Below are positions 38,901 through 53,583 of a DNA stretch of 64,000 nucleotides, piece after piece. The stretch is from positions 111,662,001 through 111,726,000 of the forward strand of contig OX597823.1 of assembly GCA_951406725.2 (NCBI GenBank), written 5' to 3'. The position numbers were made by a program, and so were the translations under genes. Below the pieces are notes generated by a model, which was given only the letters and a program-made list of their open reading frames with translations, did no database searches and was not told the origin of the DNA. The stretch comes from Octopus vulgaris. Its lineage: Eukaryota. Numbering within the stretch: position 1 is the first letter of the stretch; every line of letters begins with the position of its first letter.

Positions 38901-39317
38901 AGGCGCAGTAGTGGCTGTGTGGTATATAGCTTGCTAACCAACCACATGGTTCCGGGTTCAGCCCCACTGCGTGGCACCTTGGGCAAGTGTCTTCTGCTAT
39001 AGCCCCGGGCCAACCAATGCCTTGTGAGTGGATTTGGTAGACGGAAACTGAAAGAAGCCCATCGTATATATGTATATATATATATGTGTGTGCGTGTAAG
39101 TTTGTGTGTCAGTCTTTGTCCCCCTAGCATTGCTTGAAAACCGATGCTGGTGTGTTTACGTCCCCGTAACTTAGCGGTTCGGCAAAAGAGACCGATAGAA
39201 TAAGTACTGGGCTTACAAAAGAAAAGTCCCGGGGTCTAGTTGCTCGATTAAAGGCGGTGCTCCAGCGTGGCCGCAGTCAAATGACTGAAACAAGTAAAAG
39301 AGTAAAGAGTAAAGAGT
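38901..39317 (+). mobile_element. SINE family 1, well-preserved full-length copy
   Basis: A box tggctgtgtgg, B box ggttcagccc, CORE-like ccttgggcaagtgtc, internal microsatellite, tail ggcggtgctccagcgtggccgcagtcaaatgactgaaacaagtaaaagag; CpGs intact. Confidence 0.9.
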
Positions 39318-41002
39318 GATACAACAATGTTTTAGATATTTTAGATAATAAAACTTTTAAAATATTGAAAACAGAGGCATAAATGATCTCTTAAACAGAA
39401 ACATCAAAATAAAGCTATTTGAAGCCATCCATATGTCTCACACGATTATAATTTACTTGTGTTGGGTGTTATTTAAAAGGCAAGGGTTTATTTAAGGGTT
39501 ATTTCGAAAAACAGCAGTTTCTCATATATGCATATGTCCCGTCTCCATGTCACTGATGTTCTGCAAGGGAAAGGCAAGGACCCATACAACTAGGCAATAA
39601 TGTTGACACAGGCATTGGCATCAGAACTCGAAGGCTTGAACAGATACTTTAAAATATCCCCTCCAACAATCTCAAACACTTAAACAGAATGCTACTACCA
39701 AAAATAAACATGTTACTGCTGTAGTAATTAAATCCAAGTCAAACGAGGCAGCCTCCTTATTTGGGGATTAGAGCACAAATTAAATGAATCAAACTTTTCT
39801 TGATATAATTTACAAGTTAATTGACTATATTATTGAAAAATGATTTTAATCTTTTTCGTTATATATAGATTGATTAAATATTAATCAATTTAAAAAAATA
39901 ACTTTAAAAATTATGCGTCTTAATTTGTGGTTTCCATGGCCGTCCATCATTTAGTGATTCAAATGTTATCAGCATGATGATCTTTTTATATTCAAAACAA
40001 AATTCTCTTTATTAATTTTATTTTATAAATTTCGTTAATTAAATTATTTAATATAATTTACAAGTTAATTGAATTTATTAATAAAATCAATTTTAATTTT
40101 AACAAAATCAATAAAGGTTGATTGAATATTTAGTCAGAAGAGATTCAAACAAAAGCATGGCAGCAACCATATTTTGTAGTAGAACTATTTGAAGAAGGAA
40201 AAAAAAGAATGGCTGTAAAAAATATGAAGAGATGATTAAAAATAAATCATTAAAATGGAAAAATAATTCTAGTTAAAAAAAAGGATAAAAAGTTCTCACT
40301 GGAGTTAGATGGCCCAAAAAGTACTGAACCAAAGGTGTCCCTGGACATGGGAGATCTGGATTTGTTCTGGTTAACCTATACTTATCATACTCTAGCATAC
40401 TAAATATTGTCAGGGGATTATCTTTTTGTGGTCAGAAGAATCCATCAATTGATAAGTAATCTCTCTTGGATTCAGTCTGTATTGTCTGGATGTTGTGATG
40501 TTCTTGCCTCTCCCAAGGACATTAACAAAATTATGCTATCAGCTACAGTTATGAGGGATACAAATTTGGATCACTTTCTTGGATCACCAGGAACTTGCTG
40601 CCTAGAACCACCATATGTGTATACATGTGTGTGTACATATGTCCAGGCATATGTTTGTGTGTGTGAGAGAGAGAGAGACTACATGATAGTATGTGTGTTT
40701 TTTGCGTATATATGTGTGTGTGTGCTTGTATTTATGAACACATATTTACACAAAACACACACACACACACACACACACACATGCATAATTATTTAAAAGC
40801 AAATATATATGAATAAATATGCAAAGCATGGCAGTGATACATCAAACATAAATGTAAGAAGCACAACTAAATTCACAAAATCTATGCATACACACACACA
40901 CACTCTCTCACTCTATCTCTCTCTCACACACACACACATGCTCACTTAAACTATGCATACATCTGCACATATTGATGTTAAAACAAAACTACGAAACTAT
41001 AT

Positions 41003-41050
<48 letters not shown>

Positions 41051-41057
41051 TATATAC

Positions 41058-41157
<100 letters not shown>

Positions 41158-42921
41158 TTATATATTAATATATAATAGATATATAGATATACATATAAAA
41201 TATATAATATAACAATACAGGAAAAACATGCCGGAACATACATATTGACAAATCTGTGGCAGAGTGAAGGCAGGAAGGATGGAATGAAGGCGAAAACTCT
41301 TGTAAATCTTAATAAAGATCTTCAAAAAAACGTAATCCTATTTGTCAAATTAATCCGCGATCAAATAAAGCGTGTAGAAAGTTGATAGGGTTAAATCTCC
41401 ACTATCTAATTCAATATCTCTGCCATTTACCCCGTTATTTATTCATTTACATAGGGAGATGATAAGGGGAACACTCATGATCCTAGCAAGCACATTGCTT
41501 TCATATCGGAGCAATGGGGAGAGGGTTATTAACTATGTTTATTACACTTTTCTTTATGTTTTCTTTTTCTTATATTTTTGATAATTTGATGAAGTGTTTC
41601 ATACATATACACACACACACATATATATATATACACACACATATGCATATAAACATTTATGTCCATGTTTCTGTGTATGTGTATTTATGTGTGTTTGTGT
41701 GTGTGTGCTTTGCTTTCGAAAATTCTATTTTAGTTTTTATTTCCAGATTTATTTTATGTATTGTTTTTGTTTGTTTACATAATTTGTGTTATTTTATTTG
41801 TTTTCTTTTCTCAATTTTCTATTTATTTATTTGTTCATTTAATATATTTGTTTATTGTTGTTATATATATTTGCTGCCTTCTTTTTTTCTTCCTTGGCTT
41901 TAATGTTTGCAACATTATTGTTGTTATTATTTGTTATTTAATTTTACTATTGTTTTAATTTTTTTTCTTTTACTCTTTTTGCTGATTCCTTTTCATTTTA
42001 TCGTTATTATTAATTTTTTTCTTTTTTTTTTTTGTTTCTTGGCATTGAGGATCAAGAATCAGTATTTCATCCTTGAAAGGATAACGATGATGACGATGAC
42101 GACGATGACGATGATGATGATAATAACAATAATAATATATGCAAGGAAATATGAAGAGCTTGAAGTCTTTAGATTAGAAACCACACAGACACATGCTTGT
42201 GTATGAATGTGAATGTGTGTGTGTGTGTGTATGTGTGTATATATTTATATGTAGTGTGTGTATATGTATGTGTAATAACTGACAAAAGAGAACAAAAATA
42301 TTTTTGAAAATGTACAAACTTAGCTCGCTTCATTTTTTTTCAGCTTCCTGCCTCTACCCCGCCTCTTCCATTCTTTCTTCTTCCTCTCAAAAAATCTCTT
42401 CAAATTTCTTATGCAACGATGGAAAATAAACAACAACAACAAAACAACACTGAAGAAAAACACGCAAACAACAACACTGTCAGCAATAATAATAATTTTT
42501 ATAAAAGAACCAAAATATTTTGTAAAACCTGAACCATGAAACCTTATTATTTTGTTGTAGTTGATGTTTTTTTTTCCCTATTTTTTAAATATTTTATTAT
42601 TTTTTCTTCCAAATGGTTTGAGAGGAAACTGTTGCAAATTATAGAGATTTTGCAAATGTGATTTTCAGAAACTAATAAAAAGAAAATATTAAATAAAGAA
42701 ATATGATCTTGAAGTCTAAAATATATGAAAATCAAGTAAAATAAAATGCTGAGAGCATAAGATAAATAAAATAAAGACATTATTTAAAGATATTTGTATA
42801 AAACTTTAAAAGTGGGAAAGAAAATAAACATGGCAAAGGAATATTTTGTTTTGAAAACAAAAGTGAAAGTAGAATGAAAATAACTAAGAAAATGTGTGAA
42901 TTGTAAAAAAGAAAGTACGAT

Positions 42922-43328
42922 AGGTGTAGGAGTGGCTGTGTGGTAAGTAGCTTGCTTACCAACCACATGGTTCTGGGTTTAGTCCCACTGCGTGGCACCT
43001 TGGGCAAGTGTCTTCTACTATAGCCTCAGGCTGACCAAAACCTTGTGAGTGGATTTGGTAGACAGAAACTGAAAGAAGCCCATGGTATATGTGTATATAT
43101 ATATATGTATGTGTGTGTGTATATGATTGTGTGTCTGTGTTTGTCTCCCCAACATAGCTTGACAACCGCTGCTGGTGTGTTTACATCCTCGTAACTTAGT
43201 GGTTTGGCAAAAGAAACTGATAGAATAAGTACTAGGCTTACAAAGAATAAGTCCTGGGATCAAATTGCTCGACTAAAAGCAGTGCTCCAGCATGGCTACA
43301 GTCAAATGACTGAAACAAGTAAAAGAGT
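42922..43328 (+). mobile_element. SINE family 1
   Basis: Full head-to-tail match to the family 1 pattern. Confidence 0.88.
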
Positions 43329-43554
43329 ATAGAGAAGGTGGTTTAATAGTACAGGTATTGTTTGTGGTAATGTTAGTGAGTGTTTGGTTGGTAACCTGCA
43401 GGTGGAAGTGGAGGTGCATGTGTTTGTGGAGGTGTGTTGCCAGTAGTTATTACACAGTTGATAGTGATGGTTCATCATGATGATTATAGTATCACTGACA
43501 GTCATAATCAATCAAATAGGTGAAATTGGTGATCAAGGTGTTACCTGTTGCAGT

Positions 43555-43863
43555 TTTTGTTTGTTCCTTCTCGAGCCACACCTGGCTCATAAGGGCCGGT
43601 TTCCTTGTGTCCTTGGCGTATTGGTTCCCCATCTGAACAGGACGCCGGTCCGTCGCAGGTGAGCTGCAAGATGCAGCAGGAAAGAGTGGAAGAAAGTTGT
43701 GGCAAAAAGAGTCAGCAGAAGTTCGCCATTACCTTCTGCCAGGGCTGCGTGGATCTTCGGTGTTTCGCTCATAAACACACACATTGCCCGGTCAGAGATT
43801 TGAACCTATGATCCCTCGACCGCAAGTCCGCTGCTCTAACCACTAGGCCATGTGACTCCACAG
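43555..43863 (-). mobile_element. SINE family 3 with 10-bp TSD
   Basis: TSD ctgttgcagt at 43545-43554 and 43864-43873; similar to 1377-1692. Confidence 0.85.
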
Positions 43864-44432
43864 CTGTTGCAGTAGTGGGATAGAAGTGATGGTAGAGATA
43901 AAAGTAAAGAAAGAAGATGAAGCCAATAATGGAGGCAAAAGATTTTGCAATGAAGGCAATATTGGTGTTTCTTGTTACTATTGTTTACCCACTAGGTCTT
44001 AGACCTGATCAAGAGCTATGATCAAAGGCATTCCTATCATGACCATCCTGACTTTTAACTATGTGCAACAGATCCAGTGCCTCATTCTTTGAAATATTCA
44101 TTAATGGAAATAGAAATAAAAGGGCATGAGTTACAGGAGATTTGCCTGCTATTTCTAGCAAATTGAGGGACGACATAGATGTGTTTCCTGGTGAGAGGAC
44201 TGTTGTGTGTGACATATGTTAGTGATGGCTAAAATGGATAGAATTATGAAGAATTTGGAAATGCAATCATCAGTATCATCACTACCATCATCATCAGCAT
44301 CACCACCAGTATCAGCATCATTATCTTCACCACCATCCTCACCACCAGTACCACAACCACAATCATCATCATCATCATCATCATCACCACTACCACCATC
44401 ATCATCATCACCATCACCATCATCATCATCAA

Positions 44433-44464
<32 letters not shown>

Positions 44465-44508
44465 ATATCATCATCATCACCACCATCATCACCATCATCA
44501 CCGCTACT

Positions 44509-44552
<44 letters not shown>

Positions 44553-44562
44553 TATCATCATT

Positions 44563-44626
<64 letters not shown>

Positions 44627-45018
44627 ACACCACCACCAGTGTCAGCATCATCATCCTCATCACCACCAGTACCACAGCCACAATCATCATCATGCTCACC
44701 ACCACCACCACCACCATCATCATCATCACCACCACTACCATCATCAGCATCAACATTAACTCCCTCCCTGTCATTTCGAGGTGATTTATTAAAACTCTCT
44801 TTAACAAGTTCACTAATTATTATGTTATGATGACTCTCTGATAGCAAAAGTAATTTGTCAGGTTAATTCTTGTCTGACCTTGAAGATAAGCAAATCTGTC
44901 GACCAGGAAAAACATGTCCGAAGGAAAGGGACAACGCGGGATGGCGCGTCCTTGTTTGTTTATGTTTTTGCATTACTGTTATCATCGTCAACATCATCAT
45001 CACCACTACCATCATCAG

Positions 45019-45062
<44 letters not shown>

Positions 45063-45257
45063 CCACTACCATCATCATCATCATTATCATCATCATCACC
45101 ATCATCACCACCACCACCACCACCATTATCATCATCATCATTACCATCATCATCATCATTATCGTCGTCGTCATCAACATCATCATCATCATCGTCGTCA
45201 TCATCATCATCATCAACATCATCATCATCACCACCATCATCACCATCATCACCGCTA

Positions 45258-45316
<59 letters not shown>

Positions 45317-45580
45317 CCATCATCACCATCACCATCCTGTTATCCTAACAATTGCTGCAATCATCAATATCACCATCATCAGCACTATTATTGCTATCAC
45401 CATCACAGCTGCCACCACCACCACCACCACCACAACCACCACCATCATCCTTAAGATGTCGTTTTCAAACATTTTCCATCCCAAAAGCAACAAGACAAGC
45501 AAACAAGGAAACCAACGCAGTATTTTTTTTATATTTTGCAAATTAAAAACACTGAGCAGTGATTTATATAAAGATAACCA

Positions 45581-46203
45581 AGGCGGTGAGCTGGCAGAAT
45601 CGTTAGCACGCCGGGCGAAATGCGTAGCCGTATTTTGTCTGCTGTTATGCTATGAGTTCAAATTCCGCCGAGGTCGACTTTGCCTTTCATCCTTTCGGGG
45701 TCGATAAATTAAGTACCAGTTACGCACTGGGGTTGATGTAATCGGCTTAATCCGTTTGTCTGTCCTTGTTTGTCTCTTCTGTATTTAGCCCCTTCTGGGT
45801 AATAAAGAAATAAGAAAGGTTAGCATGCTGGGATGATTGCACTAAGCAGGGATGTGTTTAAATATAAACTTGTTACCAGTTCAAATATGCTTGTGGTAAA
45901 TTCGAAGCCATTCACCATGTTTTGACATGGATTAAATTTCTCGCAGTTGACAGTTACTATATAATCCTTTCAAGGTGGCGAGCTGGCAGAATCGTTAGCA
46001 TGCCGGGCAAAATGCTTAGCAGCATTTCGACTGTCTTTACGTTCTGGGTCCAAATTCCACCAAGGTCGACTTTGCCTTTCATCCTTTCGGGGTCGATAAA
46101 TTAAGTGCCAGTTACGCACTGGGGTCGATATAATTGACTTAATCCGTTTGTTTGTCCTTGTTTGTCCCCTCTGTGTTTAGCCCCTTGTTGGTAGTAAAGA
46201 AAT
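45581..46203 (+). mobile_element. Two SINE family 2 copies (45581-45812, 45973-46203)
   Basis: Heads aggcggtgagctggcagaatcgttagc and aggtggcgagctggcagaatcgttagc; tails ending aaagaaata. Confidence 0.85.
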
Positions 46204-46597
46204 ATATATAACGATAAACTTGTTACCGGTTCAAATATGTTTGTACCATATTCAAAATATTCTCACTGTAGACTAAAAGGTGTAAACACACCAGATCACA
46301 AAGCGCCCTCTGTCCAGCTCAAAAGGCTCTCATCTTTTCATCCACAGTGAGAATATTTTCCATGACAAAAATCCAATGAATAGCCTTCTTATGGATTCAA
46401 ATATGTTTCAAGTATATTTGAAATGGTAACAAGTTTATATTTATAGAAGTCACTTCTTAGCACTTCTAATCTGTATTATGCTATGACTGAGCCACTAATT
46501 AGTAATGTCGGTTCCAGTATTTTTGACTAGAATCTTATAAGAGAGACCTAGTCTCTTAGTCAGTTTGAAGTTGCCTCTCTTTCTCTCTCTCTCGAAA

Positions 46598-46923
46598 AGC
46601 AAGATAGGGCTTGAGAGGAGACAGCTGTCTAGAAGTATATATGAGAAAAGATGGAAGGATGTGGTAAGGAAGTTGGGAGTGAGTGTCCCTACTTAATCTA
46701 CCATGAGGGAAAATAAATGGATGTAGCCTTTGGACAGTAGACCAACAAGGAAAAAGTGCAAGGGAATCTAAATGTTTATATCATATAAATCATCTATTTT
46801 TAACTGATATATTTTTGTGTTAATAAAACGAACTGAAAAAACTCGTTGAGTATTTCTTTCTTAATGTTTTGTATGGTCCTGTACTGTCCTTCTATATTAG
46901 ATCTTATGATCATAATAAAGAAA

Positions 46924-46970
<47 letters not shown>

Positions 46971-47230
46971 TCTCTGTACAGTCGCCGTTATGAAAGAGTG
47001 TACTTGGAGGACCAGAATGAAAGGAGTCATGACAGGAGCCTTTATCTCCAGGCCAGGCTTCCTGTATTTCTTTAGATTCCATCTGAGGAGCAAGATAAGG
47101 CTGGAGACAAGGCATCAGTTGTGAGGCATAGATGAGAAAAGATCGAAGGATGTTGTGAGGAAGTTGGGAGTGACTGTCCCCACTTAATTACATGGCAGAA
47201 GGGTCCAGTCTCTAGCCTTCTGGACCACAG
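46598..47230 (+). repeat. Degenerate direct repeats of about 140 bp, period about 490 bp
   Basis: agcaagata..gct.gaga...atgagaaaagat.gaaggatgt.gt..ggaagttgggagtga.tgtccc.acttaat at about 46598 and 47089. Confidence 0.7.
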
Positions 47231-47448
47231 TCAGTGCTTTTAAAATGTTTAATTATATAAAAGTAGAAAGTCTAAAATAATGGTCTTTATTTTGAGAATA
47301 AGTCATCAAAAGTAAACTTTGGACAACCTAATATATATATATATAAAATATTTTAAAGTCTTCAAAACTCAAACACCATTAAAAGTTTTGTAATGTCCTG
47401 TTTTGTCTGTTCTATATTTCGAATGTAAATATTCATAACAAAGAATCA

Positions 47449-47481
<33 letters not shown>

Positions 47482-47506
47482 TTCTTTCTCTCTCTCTCTC
47501 TTTCTT

Positions 47507-47538
<32 letters not shown>

Positions 47539-48011
47539 AGTGTCCAATTCTAATGAGAAGATAACTGCTTGGAAATGCATGTCTCCATCAATCTGGATAG
47601 AGGGCGCTTTGAACTGACCCAGTGTTCTCTCACCATTTTGTCTGCAGTGAAAACATTTCTCCATGTCAAAATGCTGGGAATTCCATGTTAACAGGTTCAA
47701 ATACGTCTCAGGCATATTTAGAACCGGTAGCAATTTTCTTTTCTTTTTTTTTTCTATTTTTGATAATTTTTCTCTTTTAGGCAAATAAATCAATTCTTAT
47801 TACAATAATTGTAGTTGTTGTTTTTATTGTTCTTTCCTCGTAATTATTATTATTATCATTATTATTCTTGTGAACTGTGCATGTCTGCTTTCATATAACA
47901 TTCAATGATATATTTCAGTTTTAATCATTATCATTGCCATTATTTTTATTCTAATCATTATTTTATTTTTTTAGAAGCCATATAAAGAAATCATATGAAA
48001 GAAATCATCAT

Positions 48012-48014
48012 TAG

Positions 48015-48080
<66 letters not shown>

Positions 48081-48170
48081 AATATTATTATTGTTGTTGT
48101 TGTTGTTGTTATTATTATTATCATCAGTGTTGTTGTTGTTATTATTATTATTATTATTATCATTAATATC

Positions 48171-48203
<33 letters not shown>

Positions 48204-48268
48204 ATTATTATTGTTGTTGTTATTGTTGTTGTTATTATCATCAGTGTTATTATTATTATTATTATTAC

Positions 48269-48302
<34 letters not shown>

Positions 48303-48307
48303 ATTAA

Positions 48308-48359
<52 letters not shown>

Positions 48360-48396
48360 GTTGTTGTTGTTGTTGTTATTATTATCATCAGTGTTG

Positions 48397-48430
<34 letters not shown>

Positions 48431-48440
48431 CATTAATATC

Positions 48441-48473
<33 letters not shown>

Positions 48474-48538
48474 ATTATTATTGTTGTTGCTATTGTTGTT
48501 GTTATCATCAGTGTTATTATTATTATTACTATTATTAC

Positions 48539-48581
<43 letters not shown>

Positions 48582-48596
48582 GCTATCATTATTATC

Positions 48597-48640
<44 letters not shown>

Positions 48641-48648
48641 CGTTATTA

Positions 48649-48696
<48 letters not shown>

Positions 48697-48697
48697 G
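48012..48697. repeat. (TTA)n/(TTG)n tract with higher-order duplication
   Basis: Interruptions tcatcagtgtt (x4) and cattaatatcg (x2, 270 bp apart) repeat in register. Confidence 0.8.
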
Positions 48698-49524
48698 ATA
48701 AAAAAATAAGTAAATGAAATACTTAAAAATAAAGAAAAACAGAAAAAATATCATCATCATCATCATCATTATTTTTTGTTGTTGTTTATTTTTTTCTTCT
48801 CTGTTTCATTATATTTATATTGTTTTATTATAATTTTATATCAAGTTTTGTTCCTATTTAGAAGTCTCTTTAATCTCCCAATTCACACAACATGCCATTT
48901 CTAATGGATTTTATTTTTATATTTAGCATTTTGAGTTTTGTTTTTGACATTTAAAAAAAAAACTTGTGCGTCTATGTGGAGGTGTGTGTGTCTGTTTGTG
49001 TGTGTACTGTTGTATATCTGCATGTGCTTATGAGTGCATATCTATGTGTGTATATATTGGTATGTTTTTATATGGGCGTAAGTGGGTGTGTGTGTGTGTG
49101 TCTGAGCATTTAGTGATCATTTACTCATTTGTTCAACAACAACAATAACAACTTCAACAAAAGGGGCAACAATAATAATAATAATAACAATAACGTCAAC
49201 AGCAACAACAATTAGGATAATATCAACAACAACAACACAGACACTAAAAGGAAGACAACAATAACAAGAACAACACCAAAGTTAACAACAATCATATCAA
49301 TGCCAAAAATGACAACAGCATCTATAAAAATGATAATAATAATAATAATAAGAAGAAGAACACCAAGTGCAGTCAGAGGTGTCTAACACAAATGCAGGTC
49401 TAACTGCAAAAAGAAGGGCAATAAGATCAAATGGAAACGGTTACAACAACATTCTTAAAACCAAAATCACATCAGCAATAACAAGTGATGGACGTTAAAT
49501 GGAAAACAATAGACATAACCACAG

Positions 49525-49790
49525 CAATTACAACAATAGCTTGTATATGGAATTAACCACTATTAGGTTGTCTGACATGCTGGAAATACCAACCAAATCT
49601 CTTTCAAATCACTCAATTACAACAATAGCTTGTATATGAAATTAACCACTATTAGGTTGCCTGACATGCTGGAAATACCAACCAAATCTCTTTCAAATCA
49701 CTCAATTACAACAATAGCTTGTATATGAAATTAACCACTATTAGGTTGTCTGACATGCTGGAAATACCAACCAAATCTCTTTCAAATCAC
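49525..49790 (+). repeat. Three tandem 89-bp units
   Basis: caattacaacaatagcttgtatatg starts at 49525, 49614 and 49703; units nearly identical. Confidence 0.9.
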
Positions 49791-50309
49791 ACTTTACTTT
49801 CTTAAGAAAAAGGCATGATGTAGTCCAAGGTACACTAGGCCAGAAAGCAAGATGTGATGGTTGCAGCAGGAATGCTTTACATCATTACTCTTCTTAGACA
49901 GAGCTATTATTGTTGATCATAGTTGTTGTCAATGTGGTTGGTGGGGAAACATATAAGAGACTTGGAGACATGTGTGTGTGGGGTGGGAGTTGACCCGGCC
50001 GGAGCATTGGTGGAGTTCAATGAGCTGCCACCAATAATTGATTTGTTAGAACTTGAGCAGTATATGAGACATTAAAAGCAAAAAAAATAATTTCTTGTTT
50101 TTTTTTTTAAAAAAAGGAAAAAATAAGAATGGAAAAAGTTTTTGAAAAAAAAAAAACGATAATTGAGGAAAGAAAAAAAACAACAGATAGTGACTGTGTG
50201 TACAAACATTCAAATGGTACTGCATGAGGAGTGGGGCCCATGCAGCCATTCATCTTTCATTATTATATGATATTCATAATCATTTGTTTTGTGCTTTTTG
50301 TCCCCACTC

Positions 50310-50705
50310 TCTCTTTTACTCTTTTACTTGTTTCAGTCATTTTTGACTGCGGCCATGCTGGAGCACCACCTTTAATCGAGCAACTCGACCCTGGGACTTA
50401 TTCTTTTGTAAGCCCAGTACTTATTCTATCGGTCTCTTTTGCCAAACCGCTAAGTAACAGGGACATAAACACACCAGCATCGGTTGTCAAGCAATGCTAG
50501 GGGGACAAACACACACACACATATATATATATACATATATACGACTGGCTTTTTTCAGTTTCCGTCTACCAAATCCACTCACAAGGCTTTGGTCGGCCCA
50601 AGGCTATAGTAGAAGACACTTGCCCAAGGTGCCACGCAGTGGGACTGAACCCAGAACCATGTGGCTGGTAAACAAGCTACTTACCACACAGCCACTCCTG
50701 TGCCT
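50310..50705 (-). mobile_element. SINE family 1
   Basis: Reverse complement of the family 1 pattern. Confidence 0.88.
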
Positions 50706-51549
50706 GGTGTTGTGTCTGTCCTTGTAGTGTCCCCTCTGTGTTAGTGGCCTGAGTGCCAAAATAAAGAAAATGTTCTCAATGAAGGTTTATCTAGGGGTAA
50801 CAAGAACATCAACAATGACAACCCAAAAGACAACCGGTTAAAATTTCGCATTTCTGAGATAATATCAAACACTTTTAGGAATGCTCATAGAATTTGATTA
50901 TCCCCAGTTAATTACTAGTATGCTTTTAGGAGTATTGGTAGACTAAAAGACGTAGTCAATCCCAGCAGGATTTAAACTTGGTATACAAAAGTATTGGACT
51001 AAATATAAATACAATGAATTTTATACAATGAATTTTATTAGGCATTCTACCATTTCTACCATAAAATTCTTAGAATGACAATGGTGGTGCCCCAGCATGG
51101 CCACACCCTCGGTCTGAAACAAGTAAAGGTAAGTAACAATATTATTTTTTATTATTTCATTTACTTATTTATTAATTAAACTTGGTCAAAGCCTCTCCCC
51201 AGTATTTTACTGGTACTGAATTTTTCATTCCAGGTTACTGAAATTTGACAGGATCTGAACATCGAATGAAAACTCAGGGTTATGACTAAATTCTGCCTTA
51301 ACCACAAGAGTAATAACAACGTTGATAATGAATGGACCTCTATGAGATTGTTTGATTTGCTAGACAAAGCAGCTAAATTATCCTTAAATGATACTTAACC
51401 ATCTGGAAATAGGAAGGACACATTAAATAATATCTGGAATAGAGCGTGTCCAAAAGAAAAGGGAGGATGGTCATGGCCACAATGCCTTTGAACATAGGTT
51501 TACTCAATAAACCAACTTGGGTTAAACAATGATATATATCAAACTAAAC

Positions 51550-51970
51550 TCTCTCTTTACTCTTTTACTGTCTCTTTTACTTGTTTCAGTCAGTTTACTG
51601 TGGCCATGCTGGAGCACCACCTTTAGTTGAGCAAATCGACCCCAGGACTTATTCTTTGTAAGCCTAGTACTTATTCTGTTGGTCTCTTTTGCCGAACCGC
51701 TAAGTTACGGGGACATAAATAAACCAGCATCAGTTGTCAAGCAATATTGGGGGGACAAACACAGACACACAAACATATATACACACATACATATATATAC
51801 ATATATACCACGGGCTTCTTTTAGTTTCCATCTACCAAATCTACTCACAAGGCTTTGGTCGGCCAGAGGCTATAGTAGAAGACACTTGCCCAAGGTGCCA
51901 CACAGTGGGACTGAACCCAGAACCATGAGGTTGGTAAGTAAGCTACTTACCACACAACCACTCCTGCACC
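51550..51970 (-). mobile_element. SINE family 1
   Basis: Reverse complement of the family 1 pattern. Confidence 0.88.
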
Positions 51971-52193
51971 TATATATAAAAAAATCAAGATTATATTGTT
52001 TTAATTTACCTCAGTATATTTGATATAATTATACTTTTTAATTGCTACCAAGGAAACAGAATTTCATTTTGTAGGCATGATATACTACCAAGTATACTAA
52101 AAGCTTACAATTCAATATTATGCTTTACTTTTGTGTTAGCAGTATGATGTTCTAATTTCTAAGCTTATTTCTAAAGATGTTTCAATAGAATTT

Positions 52194-53583
52194 GGTATAT
52201 GGTTTGACTTTGTGTATTTTGAGTTCAATTACTACCTTTTGTAAATGGAAAATATTTGGTTTTTTAGACCTGAAAAAAATTTTCTATAGAATTTGGAGCC
52301 AATACTGAAAGTTACAATGTTTTATATACAGACCTGCCTATGTAAAACAATGCAATCGAAGATAGAAAAATAGGCACCTGATGTATAGACATATTTCAAG
52401 AGTTATTGTTCTTTCATCAGTACCACATACGACCAATCAACCATCATGTGCTTCAGTCTCTGATGCAACACCAGTCCCTTCATCCAAAAGTCACCACTCT
52501 ATCAATTCTACATTTTATTTTATGGATTATTTCAGCTCTGTCTTTAAAAATGTTACCTACTGTATCAAGTACCAATTCCATGGCCTATTGCACAACATAG
52601 AGGAAACCAATTAATTTAGAGAGCAGTTATTGAAAATTTTATGAAATATCAAAGGAGTCCCTGAAATTTGTTGCCCAGCACTTCATTTCTCAGGGTCGCT
52701 CCTACCTTCAGCTTGCTATTTACTAATATGTACAGCACATAGCTTCTCATTTGCCAGCTTTATGAAAATTTATATTCTAGCATCCATTTCAGAATATGAT
52801 GCTTCCCATCACACATGAATAGAGTTCCAAGATACTTTACTTATCTTGGTGATGTTCCAATAACAAGTGGAACACTCTGAAAGAACTTTCTTGGGAGCAC
52901 CAATGTATTAGTCTTTGCAACGCCAATTCTTATTCCTACTTACTGCACTTGTAGTGAATCCATTTAGTTCATGCTGGGGATCACATTCTGAGGAGCTGTG
53001 TGGTCCTGACTGATCCTGCATCAACCATTGAGACCAAAATGATATTGATTTATTGCATATATTGTTTTAATAAATAAAAGAACATTAGAGAGGCTTCGAT
53101 GTTATTATTACATAATCAGTGAACTATGCTAACTTGTGTGGAGCTTTGTACCCATAATTTGTGACTCATTCATCACTGCTTCAACAAGTATAGTCAAATT
53201 ATATGCTTTGCTGACTAGGTCACAATATGACCAGAGTTGTCTTTTTGTACTGGATAAATGAATTAGAATAGTCTTTGAATGCATAGTGAATATTCCTTTA
53301 CATTCTTTTTTGGGTGCTGATGTGACAGATCAGCTGAAATACCTTTAGTATGTGATACTGATGAAAGAACAATAACTCTTGAAATTTGTATATACACCCA
53401 TTGCCTATTTTTCTCTCTTCGAGTGCATTGTCTACATAGGCATATCCGTATATAAAACATTGTAACTTTCTGTATTGGCTCCAAATTCTATAGAAAATTT
53501 TTTTCAGGTGTAAAAAACCAAATATTTTCCATTTACAAAAGGTAGTATTTGAACTCAAAATACACAAAGTCAAACCATATACC
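52194..53583. mobile_element. 1.4-kb non-autonomous DNA transposon with about 237-bp TIRs
   Basis: 52194-52430 (ggtatatggtttgac...) is the approximate reverse complement of 53348-53583 (...gtcaaaccatatacc); no clear TSD. Confidence 0.8.

Noticed and set aside
38801-39130. Recurrent peptides such as [24 protein letters not shown] and EAIVEDTCPRCHAV in many ORFs
   Set aside because: Antisense translations of SINE family 1, not a gene family.
47446-47793. 115-aa minus-strand ORF with a non-repetitive middle
   Set aside because: The middle shares motifs with the MITE-like element at 46.2-46.4 kb and the end is (GA)n.
47995-48769. 240-252 aa poly-L/poly-I ORFs, also 7470-7925 and 61923-62258
   Set aside because: (TTA)/(TTG) microsatellite, not membrane proteins.
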